DNA of 64,000 nt from a virus (Duplodnaviria > Caudoviricetes). Of the stretch, positions 36,840-47,300 are shown piece after piece. The stretch lies in IMG/VR virus record IMGVR_UViG_3300014208_000024, positions 96,001 through 160,000 of that record; one strand, written 5' to 3'. Position 1 is the stretch's first letter. Every line of letters starts with the position of its first letter. The notes beneath the pieces are model-generated. The model searched no databases. It was not told the origin of the DNA and worked only from the letters and a program-made list of their open reading frames with translations. The position numbers and the translations under genes are program-made.

Positions 36840-37523
36840 TTATTTTGTTAAAAAAAGCGCTTCTGGTGGAATAATATCAAATGAAAAAAAAACATTTTCA
36901 TTTTCGTTGTTTTTTTTGAAAATTTTTAATTGCGGAACAAATACACAATTAATTCCAACAATAATGTTTTCTTCTTTTTTATCTATCTTTTTTAATTCAT
37001 CAAACAATTTTATTTTTTTATTTAACTTTAATCCACTTGTCTTAATAAAATCTAATTTTAATTTATTTATTTCAACAAACAAATATTCTCTATAACTTAA
37101 AATATCATACATTGGTTTTAATATAAAATATATTTTTTTATATTTTTCCCTTTTGCTAATTATATAAAAAATTTCCAAAGAATTATGCTTTTTTTTAATA
37201 TCAAAAATATCAACTGTTTCTATTTCTGATATAAAATAATTATAAGAATTAATTTCTGAAAATATCATACTTGATTCTAAAGTAATTTTTGTAAAGTCTA
37301 ATAAAATTTTATTTTCAGTTAATTTTTCTAATTTTATTCTAAAATCACTATTAAACCATTTTAAACAATTGTTTATACCCAACTCTAATATATTAATTCC
37401 AGATGAAAATTTAAAACAAACATTTAATTCTGTTTTGAAATTTATTTCTCCAGAAAGCCTTTGTTTTATTGTTTTATTATTTATTGACAATTCAGCCTCT
37501 TTCATACTATCAAGTTTTTGCAA
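36840..37523 (-). CDS. Hypothetical protein
   Basis: 227-aa ORF overlapping the upstream stop. Confidence 0.6.
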   Translation of the reverse strand: MQKLDSMKEAELSINNKTIKQRLSGEINFKTELNVCFKFSSGINILELGINNCLKWFNSDFRIKLEKLTENKILLDFTKITLESSMIFSEINSYNYFISEIETVDIFDIKKKHNSLEIFYIISKREKYKKIYFILKPMYDILSYREYLFVEINKLKLDFIKTSGLKLNKKIKLFDELKKIDKKEENIIVGINCVFVPQLKIFKKNNENENVFFSFDIIPPEALFLTK

Positions 37524-38199
37524 TTATTTTTATTGATTTTGGCGGTATGTTATCTAAAGTATAATAACCTTTTAATTTAAAATTAGGGTCATCGTAAAAT
37601 ATAGTTTCAGGAATCAAATTTGTATTAATTTGCAATATTACATATTTAGAATCTTTGTTCTTTTCTACAAATTTGTTAAAAACTATTATTGTGTTTTTTA
37701 AACTTGTTGATAAATAAATTCTTTCTGGATGATAAGTTAATTTAGAATAAGATTTTGGAACTAAACCGATTTTTAATATTTTAATAGCATTTTTTTCTTC
37801 TGTGATGTGATATAAAAATTCAGGTAACACCTTTTCTTCTATATCAAATTTAGCTTCTAATACTAATTCAATTTTATCATATTTTTCTTTATTTTTTAAA
37901 ATACTATATAATGCATTTTTAGAAAACTTTTCATATTTTTCTTTTCCATTTTGCAAAAAATCAATTGCAGAAATAAAATAACCCAAATTATTAATTAGTA
38001 CAAAAAGTTTATCAAATTCTATAAAGTTTAATACATCTACTATTAATCTATTCGAGTCATTATCTTTAATAATCTTTAAGTCATTTCCAAACTGTCTTTC
38101 AATTATATTTTTAGATATATTTATCGGATGAGTTTTTATTAATCCTTCAAATAAAGCGTTTATTTGCTTTCTAATATATCCAACTACCATATCTTTCAT
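37510..38199 (-). CDS. Protein with C-terminal KptA/Tpt1-like ADP-ribosyltransferase fold
   Basis: LYHITE...ILKIGLVPK...RIYLST...VILQIN...IPPKSI matches the NAD-binding lobe of KptA-like ARTs. Confidence 0.65.
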   Translation of the reverse strand: MKDMVVGYIRKQINALFEGLIKTHPINISKNIIERQFGNDLKIIKDNDSNRLIVDVLNFIEFDKLFVLINNLGYFISAIDFLQNGKEKYEKFSKNALYSILKNKEKYDKIELVLEAKFDIEEKVLPEFLYHITEEKNAIKILKIGLVPKSYSKLTYHPERIYLSTSLKNTIIVFNKFVEKNKDSKYVILQINTNLIPETIFYDDPNFKLKGYYTLDNIPPKSIKIIAKT

Positions 38200-38200
38200 T

Positions 38201-38653
38201 TTAAATTTTAAAAAGTTTTTTCATTCTATTTTTTACACCATCATAATCTTTTTTTAACTCACTCTCCCATATTCTTTCGATTTTATATCCCAATCCTTTT
38301 GCTAAAACATTTTTATAACTATCGTTTTTTTCGGCTCTTTTTTGCATTCCATTTTTCTCTTCAAAAATATCTTTGTTCCCATGCCAATAATCACCATCAA
38401 TTTCAAAAAGTATGTTTAAAATAGGTTCATAAAAGTCATAAATTTTTCCCCCTACTATCTTCTGTGGCAATATTTTAATTCCCAATTCTCTCATAAGTTT
38501 TTTAAATTCCCTTTCTGGCCAAGTCATTTTTTTCGACATTTTTAGCGCTTGCTTTTCAATAAACTTCGCTTTTTTTGCCGCATATAAAGGAGCTTTTGCT
38601 TGTTTTTTAATTCCTCTTAATATTCTAGCCACTTTTTTCTTATCACTTGCCAT
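38201..38653 (-). CDS. DUF559/Vsr-like endonuclease
   Basis: TWPEREF, IYDFY...FEIDGDYWHG, RIWESE. Confidence 0.8.
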   Translation of the reverse strand: MASDKKKVARILRGIKKQAKAPLYAAKKAKFIEKQALKMSKKMTWPEREFKKLMRELGIKILPQKIVGGKIYDFYEPILNILFEIDGDYWHGNKDIFEEKNGMQKRAEKNDSYKNVLAKGLGYKIERIWESELKKDYDGVKNRMKKLFKI

Positions 38654-38728
38654 TTATACGTTTTTTTATAAATATCTCAAAAAAGCTATTGTTTTACTTT
38701 TTAAAACTTATTTATAGCAAACACCTTT

Positions 38729-39322
38729 ATGAATATGGACTCAAAAACTATTTTAATAATAACAATTTCCATTCTCTTAGTATTTTGTGTTATATATGAA
38801 TATATTAAAGAAAAAAATAAAGAGAAAAGAGAAAGAAAACAAAGGGAAAATCAAAATTTCTTTTTTAAAGAAATAGGAGATCAGCTTGTTGAAAATTCCT
38901 TGGTAAACAAAGAGCTTTTAAGATATTTAAAAATTTCTTCACAAAAATATGCAGAAGAAATTACTGAATCACAAGTAAGAATTGTAATAAAAGCTATTTT
39001 TAACAACTCTCATTTTGAAGTATTTAATTATATTTCAAAAATAATGAAAGAAAACCACATTAAAGGAAATGAAAAAGAAATAACTTCAAAAATAAAACTT
39101 TTTATAAACAACAGATTTCATAAAGATTTTCTATTATTAAAAGAATTTAAATACAAAGAAAAAAGCATTGGAAATTGTGAAACAAACGAGTGGAAAGAAT
39201 ATTTAATTGAAAACATATTAAACAACGTTCTGAAAGAAAAAGGAGAAAAATCACTATCTAGCACACTTCAAAACGCTTATGATAGCTTTAAATACGACAT
39301 GCTTGACAAAACTTTATCTTAA
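38729..39322 (+). CDS. Membrane-anchored hypothetical late protein
   Basis: N-terminal TM ILIITISILLVFCVIY followed by a basic stretch; TATTTATA at 38709-38716. Confidence 0.7.
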   Translation: MNMDSKTILIITISILLVFCVIYEYIKEKNKEKRERKQRENQNFFFKEIGDQLVENSLVNKELLRYLKISSQKYAEEITESQVRIVIKAIFNNSHFEVFNYISKIMKENHIKGNEKEITSKIKLFINNRFHKDFLLLKEFKYKEKSIGNCETNEWKEYLIENILNNVLKEKGEKSLSSTLQNAYDSFKYDMLDKTLS

Positions 39323-39718
39323 ATTTTTTGCTGCAGATTTCGCCTCTTTGTTAACTTGTTGAATTCTTAAATCCTTTTTTGAAACTTTTTGAAAAACTGC
39401 TCCAGTTTTTTTAACAATTTCATAAAGACTTTTCAGCATTTCGTTTCCTTCAAAATTTCCTTCAAAACAATTTGATAAATAACAATTGTTCGAATATATA
39501 ATAATTAAATGTGGATTAATTATACTTGGGTAATTTTTCTCAATCATACGAAGAGATTCAACTGCAGCAGTAACCTTTATTTTTTCTTCAGTAGTTTCTT
39601 TTTCGGTCCCACTTCCCCTAACCCACACTTCATTGTATTCATCATAAATAGTGTAAGCATACCCACCTTTTCCTGTAGATACCTTGCATGAACCATCTAT
39701 ATAAACGTGAAAATTCAT
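39314..39718 (-). CDS. RNase HI-fold protein with a degenerate active site
   Basis: VYIDGSCKVSTGKGGYAY; other acidic positions appear replaced (EEKIKV, YSNNCY, VNKEA); ATG overlaps the upstream TAA at 39718. Confidence 0.7.
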   Translation of the reverse strand: MNFHVYIDGSCKVSTGKGGYAYTIYDEYNEVWVRGSGTEKETTEEKIKVTAAVESLRMIEKNYPSIINPHLIIIYSNNCYLSNCFEGNFEGNEMLKSLYEIVKKTGAVFQKVSKKDLRIQQVNKEAKSAAKNLR

Positions 39719-40152
39719 TACATTAAGTATTTTACGACAGATTCCCAATTTGGGAACTTTACACTACCAAAACGAATGTGTTCCCATTCTGGTTGCAACA
39801 ATCCAGTTTGCCCCATATCGTCAATAAGATATTTTCCCCTCAACAATGTTTTGTCGCAGGACAATATTAAATTGTCGCATTCTTTAAATCCCAAATGCTT
39901 TTCTACCCAAACTCTTTTTTCCATATAAGAAAGTGGATTATACACTGAGGGTTTACTTAAAATTAAAACATTATATTTTTGTTTTAATAAATTATAAGAC
40001 TCAATAGCACCATAAATAGGCTCCAGGTTCTCGAAAAACTTAAATTGAGATTGTGGATAAATTATACCAGGCTCTTTTGAAATAGCTATTGCTTGTGCTG
40101 ATGCATAATCAGCCATCGTGTCATCTAAATCTACAAAAATTATATCTTTCAT
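39718..40152 (-). CDS. 5'(3')-deoxyribonucleotidase (NT5C/HAD)
   Basis: FVDLDDTMADY, FFENLEP, ILSKP, EKRVWVEKHL, LIDD. Confidence 0.9.
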   Translation of the reverse strand: MKDIIFVDLDDTMADYASAQAIAISKEPGIIYPQSQFKFFENLEPIYGAIESYNLLKQKYNVLILSKPSVYNPLSYMEKRVWVEKHLGFKECDNLILSCDKTLLRGKYLIDDMGQTGLLQPEWEHIRFGSVKFPNWESVVKYLM

Positions 40153-40556
40153 ATCTTATCAGGTTTAAATTCAAACACCTTTACCATTTTTTTTGAATCT
40201 TTTTCGAAAAAATTTGTAAATTTAGAATCTAACACTCTGTAACTTCTTGCATAACTATCTATTTCCTCTTTACAAAAATATACTATATCAATTATCTCTG
40301 ATGTTTCTGTAAAAATAGATCTAAAAAAACCAAAAACTTCACTAAATTGATATTTTTTTTTACCAGATGAGTATTTATCTAATAAACATCCAGTTTTTTT
40401 TAAACAAAAAGAATTTAGAAGAATCCATAATGTTTTTTTAGAAATTCCTTCTCCCTTATCTCTTTCTGCTTTTATGAAATTTGAATATTCTTCAAATTTG
40501 TTTTTGTGCAATTCTTTTATTTCTTCTATGCTCATAAAACTTTTATAATTTTCCAT
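40149..40556 (-). CDS. Hypothetical protein
   Basis: 135 aa, coupled between dnaE and the nucleotidase. Confidence 0.7.
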   Translation of the reverse strand: MENYKSFMSIEEIKELHKNKFEEYSNFIKAERDKGEGISKKTLWILLNSFCLKKTGCLLDKYSSGKKKYQFSEVFGFFRSIFTETSEIIDIVYFCKEEIDSYARSYRVLDSKFTNFFEKDSKKMVKVFEFKPDKI

Positions 40557-43500
40557 TTACTTTACACGTTTAAATTTAGCATTTGACTTGAAGTTTATAA
40601 ACCCCTTTGCATTTTTAACAAATTCAGATATATAAACACCTTTGTTTTGAGCATTTGCTTTAACCAAATCGTATATATCTCCATCAACTTTTTTTCTCGC
40701 TGGAAAAACCCTTAAACTAGTAGTACTTATTCCATCACCAACTTTAATGTTTAAATAGTTACCACCCTTTTCAGAAACAGCTTCTTGTACATTGTCCAAA
40801 TAAAAAAAATAATAATCATTATCTGAAAAATTAAGTATGCTTTCAATTACTCTACCAGCTCTTTTGTGAAGCTCCATTTTAATAGCAGCCATTTCTTCTA
40901 TTTTGTTTAAATCAAAGTTGCAAACATCTATAAATTCTCTGTTTTTTTGAATAGGTGTGGTTTGAGCAAATGAGTCGTTTTTCATTACAGTATTAAATTC
41001 ATCTGAATTGAGATCAAAAAGCGCCAATTGACCTGGGAGGTCTTTCTTTTTCTTTTTAGTTTTGAGTTGAATTAAATAATCTCTAGATTCTGACCAATCA
41101 TCAAAAATTCCAGCTTTTACACATACCTCGAAAACTTTCTTATTAAAAGCTGAAAAAGGTAAACTGAAAAATTTAAGTAATTTAATCGATTGAAATGTTT
41201 CATTAGATTTATTTAAAAGATTCATCAATTCTACATATGCTTTATCTCCAAATCCATTAATACCAGAAAATCCCATAGAAATTTCTTTTTCACCTGTCAT
41301 TGTCCACATCCACCCAGATCTCCTTGATGGGGGTGCTATTTTTATTCCCTTTGACATTGCAGATGCAATCGCAGATGCAATCCATTGTTTTTCTTTTTCT
41401 TTGTCGTTGTTTGATTTTATATGATTTAATAATGCTGTATAAAATTCTGTGGGGTAATAATGTTTCAAAAAAAGAGTCTGACACGCTATGTATGAATAAC
41501 ATACGCAATGAGATTTATTGAACGAATATCCCAAATATTTGATCATCCAATTCTTAATTTCTTCCATCACTTCTTTTTGGTACCCATTTTTAACCGCCCC
41601 TTCTAAAAACTTATTCCAATACTTAGAAAAGTTCTTATATGCCCCACTATTTCTTTCTTCTTCATTTAAAATTTCCCCCTTAGCCTCTTTATCAATAAAC
41701 TTTGCGGCTTTATCCATATATCTTCTTAACATATCCCCCTCACCAAGACTCATTCCTCCAATTTTATTGGCTATAAACATTACTTGCTCTTGAAAAATTA
41801 ATACTCCATTAGATTCCCCTATGATAGTTTCAAGTATTGGATGAAGATATTTTATTTCTTCTGGTTTAAATTTGTTTTTCACATAATCGTGATGTGCAAA
41901 AATCCCCATTGGTCCTGGCCTATAAAGAGCATTTGCTGCAACTAATTCTTTAAAGTTTTCAACCTTTATTCCTTTAATTAAAGCATTCATTCCAGCACTC
42001 TCAAACTGAAACACACCCTGATTTAATCCAAGTCTTAATTCTGTGTAAATATTTTGATCTTCTAAGTTTAAATAGTCAACTTGTTCTGTAATATCAATTC
42101 CTTTACTTTTTTTAATTAACTCTATTGAATCTTTTACAACATTTAAAGTTTCAAGACTAAGCATATCAAGCTTTAAAATTCCAAGCTCCGATAAGTCCTT
42201 ATTGCTTCCATCAGCTTCAGAAAAGGCTGTTACAACACTTTTATTCGAGGCTATTATATTGGTGGGAACATCATTCCAACACGCAGATGGGGTAATTACA
42301 ACCCCAGCCGCATGCTGTCCAACACCTCTAATTTGTCCTTGTAACTTCAGTGTCTGTTCGAGAATTTTTCTATTTGTTGGATCTGTTAACCATTGTCTTA
42401 CTGGAGGAGAACAATCTTTTTCTTTAGGCCATTGTTCGAACCAATCTTTTAGCGTATAATCTACTTTAGCCCATTCTGGCATTTCTTTGGTTACTTGAAA
42501 AACAACAGAATCATACCCAGTTGCCTCTTCTCCGTGATGTGCTCTTACAACATCTTTTAAACATCCTTTTTCGTTAAATGTAGAAAAAGTAGATACATGT
42601 AATATTCTTTCTTTTCCGTATTTATTAATAAGAAATTCTTCTGTAATATGACGTGTGTCAGCCATGTAATCTATGTCAAGGTCAGGAGGAGACATTCTTG
42701 TAGGATTAAGAAATCTTTCAAAATATAATCCAAATCGTATGGGGTCGATTTTTGTAATATCAAGGCACCATGTAAGCAAACAACCAGCGGCTGATCCTCT
42801 TCCTGGACCTACGTCATAACCCATTTTTCTATAATATTGAATAATTTCCCAATTTACTAGAAAATAATCCAACATATTTTTTTCTTCAATTACACTTATT
42901 TCATAATTTAAACGATCTACATATTCTTTTATCTTTTCATTATTGATTTCAACAAGTTTATTTTCTTTGTATTTATTAAGTTTTTGTTTAAGTTTTAAAA
43001 ATGCAATTTTTTTAATAATTTCATTAGACTCTTTAGATTTACAATATTTTACAACATCTTCTGTAGGTTCATATTTTGGGAATTTTTCTACACCTATTTC
43101 AAAATCAAAATTACATTTTTCTGCAACTTCCAGTGTGTTTTCTAAACATAGATCAATAAAGTCTTTTCTATAATCATATCCAAATTTATAACTAAAATTA
43201 TAAATATCTTCACTACTCGCATAAAACAAACTTCTAGCATTCAATTTAAAAGAATGTCCAAGCTGACTTTTTTGATTTATTGCTATAAGAGTATCTTGAA
43301 GTTCCGAATCCTCTGGCAATGCATAATGAACATCCGATGTGATAATTATTTTCACATTATATTTACTTGCCATTTCAATAATAAAACTATTATAAACTTT
43401 TTGAATACTTAATTCGTTTAATTGAATTTCTGCATAAAAATCTTCTCCAAATTCATCTTTCAATTTTTTAAAATACAATTCTGCTTCTTGTTCTTTTTTA

Positions 43501-44060
43501 TCCATTAACAATTTTCCAACATAACTTGCCATACAAGAAGTTGTAATAATCAACCCCTCCTTACAATCCAATAACCATTCTGTTTTAATTCTTCCTCTTT
43601 TATAAAAACCTTCATTAAAAGATCTATATGCTAATTTGTTTGCATTTATAAATCCCTGCTTGTTTTTTACCAATATTATTTGATGAGAGTTTCCTCCTTC
43701 ATATTTTTTCTCCTCAAAATCCCCCATTTTATCATTCACATATGCCTCAAATCCTATAATCGGTTTTATTCCAGCCTTTTTACATTTTCTATAAAATTCA
43801 AATGTTCCAGAAAGGGTTCCATGATCAGTAATGGCAATTGCTGGGTGATTATATTTTTTAGCAAGCTTTATGTAATTATCTATACTTCCACAACCATCAA
43901 GGATGCTGTGAAAGGAATGGAGGTGTAAATGAACAAATGGCTTATATAAACCATTTGTATTATCTACTCCTTGAGAAGTTCTAATATCAACTATTTGGTT
44001 TTTATCTATTTGATTGTTAGCCGTTCTCATATCTAGGCTATCTATATCTATTTTATCCAT
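40557..44060 (-). CDS. dnaE: DNA polymerase III alpha subunit (family C)
   Basis: PHP domain HLHLHSFHSILDG/AITDHG/TSDVHY; GPGRGSAAG; PPDLDID; KLDML; GVFQFES; YRPGP; FNKSH; no intein. Confidence 0.95.
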   Translation of the reverse strand: MDKIDIDSLDMRTANNQIDKNQIVDIRTSQGVDNTNGLYKPFVHLHLHSFHSILDGCGSIDNYIKLAKKYNHPAIAITDHGTLSGTFEFYRKCKKAGIKPIIGFEAYVNDKMGDFEEKKYEGGNSHQIILVKNKQGFINANKLAYRSFNEGFYKRGRIKTEWLLDCKEGLIITTSCMASYVGKLLMDKKEQEAELYFKKLKDEFGEDFYAEIQLNELSIQKVYNSFIIEMASKYNVKIIITSDVHYALPEDSELQDTLIAINQKSQLGHSFKLNARSLFYASSEDIYNFSYKFGYDYRKDFIDLCLENTLEVAEKCNFDFEIGVEKFPKYEPTEDVVKYCKSKESNEIIKKIAFLKLKQKLNKYKENKLVEINNEKIKEYVDRLNYEISVIEEKNMLDYFLVNWEIIQYYRKMGYDVGPGRGSAAGCLLTWCLDITKIDPIRFGLYFERFLNPTRMSPPDLDIDYMADTRHITEEFLINKYGKERILHVSTFSTFNEKGCLKDVVRAHHGEEATGYDSVVFQVTKEMPEWAKVDYTLKDWFEQWPKEKDCSPPVRQWLTDPTNRKILEQTLKLQGQIRGVGQHAAGVVITPSACWNDVPTNIIASNKSVVTAFSEADGSNKDLSELGILKLDMLSLETLNVVKDSIELIKKSKGIDITEQVDYLNLEDQNIYTELRLGLNQGVFQFESAGMNALIKGIKVENFKELVAANALYRPGPMGIFAHHDYVKNKFKPEEIKYLHPILETIIGESNGVLIFQEQVMFIANKIGGMSLGEGDMLRRYMDKAAKFIDKEAKGEILNEEERNSGAYKNFSKYWNKFLEGAVKNGYQKEVMEEIKNWMIKYLGYSFNKSHCVCYSYIACQTLFLKHYYPTEFYTALLNHIKSNNDKEKEKQWIASAIASAMSKGIKIAPPSRRSGWMWTMTGEKEISMGFSGINGFGDKAYVELMNLLNKSNETFQSIKLLKFFSLPFSAFNKKVFEVCVKAGIFDDWSESRDYLIQLKTKKKKKDLPGQLALFDLNSDEFNTVMKNDSFAQTTPIQKNREFIDVCNFDLNKIEEMAAIKMELHKRAGRVIESILNFSDNDYYFFYLDNVQEAVSEKGGNYLNIKVGDGISTTSLRVFPARKKVDGDIYDLVKANAQNKGVYISEFVKNAKGFINFKSNAKFKRVK

Positions 44061-44076
44061 TTTTTAAAAGTATACG

Positions 44077-44084
44077 CAAATATA
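44077..44084 (-). promoter_or_regulatory. Bacteroidota-type -7 element TATATTTG upstream of dnaE
   Basis: caaatata on +; no clear -33 element at 19-21 nt. Confidence 0.5.
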
Positions 44085-44104
44085 ATAAAAAGTTACGACT
44101 TTTC

Positions 44105-44132
44105 ATAAAAAAAGCCAGAAAAAATCTGGCTT
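44105..44132 (-). terminator. Intrinsic terminator
   Basis: AAGCCAGA-N5-TCTGGCTT stem with a minus-strand U-run, overlapping the stop at 44131. Confidence 0.75.
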
Positions 44133-44343
44133 AACTGTAATCACTTTGATAATCTTGTCTTTGTCGGATGATATTCTTTTTTATTTTCTTACCCAATTTT
44201 TCTATACTTTTTGATTTTTTTCTTAAAAAAGAACACCACTTTCTAGAAATTGGTCTTTTTACAAAATTTTGAATATCTATTTCTAATTCACATGTTAAAG
44301 ACTTACATTTTTTCCAATCTTCTTTTAAATTATAAAAATCCAT
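44131..44343 (-). CDS. Small basic protein, possibly histone H1-like (Hc1-type)
   Basis: LEIDIQNF...LRKKSKSIEKLGKKIKKNI loosely resembles the Hc1-like helical hairpin. Confidence 0.45.
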   Translation of the reverse strand: MDFYNLKEDWKKCKSLTCELEIDIQNFVKRPISRKWCSFLRKKSKSIEKLGKKIKKNIIRQRQDYQSDYS

Positions 44344-44348
44344 CGCTT

Positions 44349-47300
44349 TTATTCTTTGGATATAATTTTATCTAAATCATCGAATATTTCTTTTGTTTTT
44401 TGATTGTTTCTTTCATTACTTTCAAATAAAACATCAGAATTTTTATTTTCTTCTTCAGTTTCTTCTTCTAAAATAACTTTTTGTTGTGGAATTTTTACGC
44501 TATTAATTGTTCTGTCAAGAGATTCTAATAATTTTTTAGTTTTAACATTCATTGATTTATTTTTTTTCACCAAAACATTATCTTCTTTCTCTCTTTTTTC
44601 TTTCATTAGTTTTATCATTTCTTCATCTGGGCCCAATAATTCATTAATGAGATTTTTCATCCTCTTATCTGATTTTCTCATAATATTATTAATTTTTCCC
44701 TCTGCCATGGTAGGTGGTTCTTCTGGACTTTCGCCACCCTCTGGAGCTTCCCCTTCTGGTGCTCCACCTTCTGGGGCTTCTCCTGGTGCTCCACCCGCTC
44801 CCATATCTAATCCACCACCAAGACCACCAAGGCTTCCTCCGCCTCCACCACTCATTCCTGCTCCCATATCTCCTTCTTCTCCTCCTTCTCCTGCACCCAT
44901 TCCTGCGGCTGCAGCTGCGGCTGCTTCTGGATCTTCATATCTATCATCAAGTTCATCAAATAGTCCAATTTTCTTATATGTCTCAACTGCACTTTCAATT
45001 TCGGCAAATATTTTCTTTTCAACTTTTTTCTGCTTTAACATAAGTTTAATGTCGGATTTTGAAAATCCTAAAATATTTTCCATTGCCCATGTGTAAGATG
45101 ATGGAGATGTTGCTTCTGTGTTAAAAAATTCTTTAAACACTTCTAGTCTTGCTTTCATTGTTTCCAATTTTAGCAATTCTTGCTGTGTTGATGGATTGGT
45201 TAGTGTAAGATTAAAATTATCTAAATCATCTTCAAATCCTAAGAAATATAAATGAACATTAGCAACTCTCCTTAATTCTAATAATACTGCTTCTTGAATA
45301 GAGTTTATTGTCCTTGAAAATCTAATGTCTGCTTGTGAAAGAGTGCTTCCTCCTGGCATTGATTCTCCAAAATTTAAATAGGTTTTTGGAACCTGTAACG
45401 CTGCAAAAAGTTTGTTTTGAAGATACTCAATATCGTGAATGTCGCCCAGATTTGAATTTTTCGTAAACACTCCACATGCCAAAGAAAAATTATGATAATC
45501 GTGATATGTTTCATTCCCATCAATCGTAATAGTTCCAGTGTCTTGTTTTTCTTCTAAATATTCAATAGACACAATTTTATGATTAAATAGTTCTATTTTA
45601 TTTTTAAAATCTCTCCAATTTTTATATCCAAAAGATTTCATCATTTTATAAAGATTATTATGAGTAAATCCATTTTTCATTTTTTGAAGCTGTTTGTTTC
45701 CTTTGTTTAAAAAATTAAACTCAATCATAAATATAGAATGTTCTAAATTTATATCCTTTAATATTTCTTCCGTAGGCATCCCGTCTTTAAATCTATTTAC
45801 TACAAATTGAAGAAGTTTGTTTGAGTATTTTATAGTTTGTTTTTCGGCAACAGCACTTCTAAAACAATTGTCTTTCCATTGTAATCTTGCATAAGTAGAT
45901 TGTCTTTCTTTATTTTCTTTTGTGTTTTTTGATATTTTTAAAGATTTGCTAGTTTTTTTATAAAATTCTTTTTTGTATTTTTCATCTTTTAATAATTCTT
46001 GTAATTTATCAGAACCTTTTTGAAAATTCCTTATCGCTATTTTTCTTTTTTCTACCAGATCACTTTCTGAAATGTTTTCCCAATATTCTTTCAACCCATT
46101 TTTTCTTTTTTCTTTCCATTGATTAACTTTTTCTTTTCCAAAATATTCAATTAAGTTTTTCACATTATCTTGATGGTAATAAAAATGATCTTTAGAATTA
46201 ATAAAACACAAATTTTGTGGTTCATTGTTATATCTATTAAAATCCTTGTGATGTATAGTTCCTTTTTCTAAGTTTTTAAATTCATTTAAATAAGAAAATT
46301 TTTCTTCCAAATTTAAAGTTTTAAAATAATTTGCAATTAACCTATGTGTATAAACCCATTTATTTGTACTATGATCATAAATCATTTCATATGTGTTTCT
46401 ACGTCTTTTTTTTCCAGCACCTTTTATTTTTTCGAATTTTTTATTAAAACTCCATAAAGATTCTCCAATGGACAAATCTTTTGCCTCTTTTTCTCCGTTA
46501 AAACGTGTTGGGAAATTATGATCTGGTGTGCAAATAATATATTCACCATTATCTAAAGTAATTTTCACCACCTCTGTGTTTTTACGAGTTACTCCAGCCC
46601 ACGATATAACCCCAGGTACCATTTTTCCAGTTTTTGAATTAATGGAATATGCCCACAACTGTTTTCCACCTTCATATTCTTTAATTATATCTTTCAATTC
46701 AAGAATTCTACCATCCAACATCGGAATTTTCGTATCTAAAGCAAGACAAGCACCTGGTAAAGTTTCTATTTTTGAAGATTTATCTCCTCTAACGGGAATC
46801 CAATAATCCTCTGTTACATTTTCTGGATCATATTTTTGTGTCATATTACCAGTTCTAACGTCAACGATTGGTTGTTTTCTAATTTGATTTTGAACTTTTC
46901 CCATGTATTGTTTCACATCTGCATCAGGTAAATTTCCAACCTCAATATAAAAAACCCTTCTTTCTGGGGCTCTTGTAATACGATACACTAACATTGCATC
47001 TTCTGCAAGTTGTAATTGTTTCCAAAGTTTTCTGCTTGAATCTAAAATTGATCTTCCGTAAGGTAGTTTTCTGCTATCTTCTAACAATCTAAAGTGAGCA
47101 ATTTGCCATTCTTCGAAATAATCTCCAGTTGTTTCCCATCTAAATCTTATTGATGATGTTCTTCCGTCACAACCTTCTTCTCTATGAACTTCTTCCATTG
47201 GAAGTGTCATAAAATCATAAACACCAGCTTGTTTGTCAATTTGTAACATTACAAAATAATCACCATACTTTACCAAATCTCTTATCCAAAGCCTTAAATT

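Noticed and set aside
44404-45096. 230-aa and 109-aa plus-strand ORFs
   Set aside because: Antisense shadows of the GC-rich low-complexity portal tail
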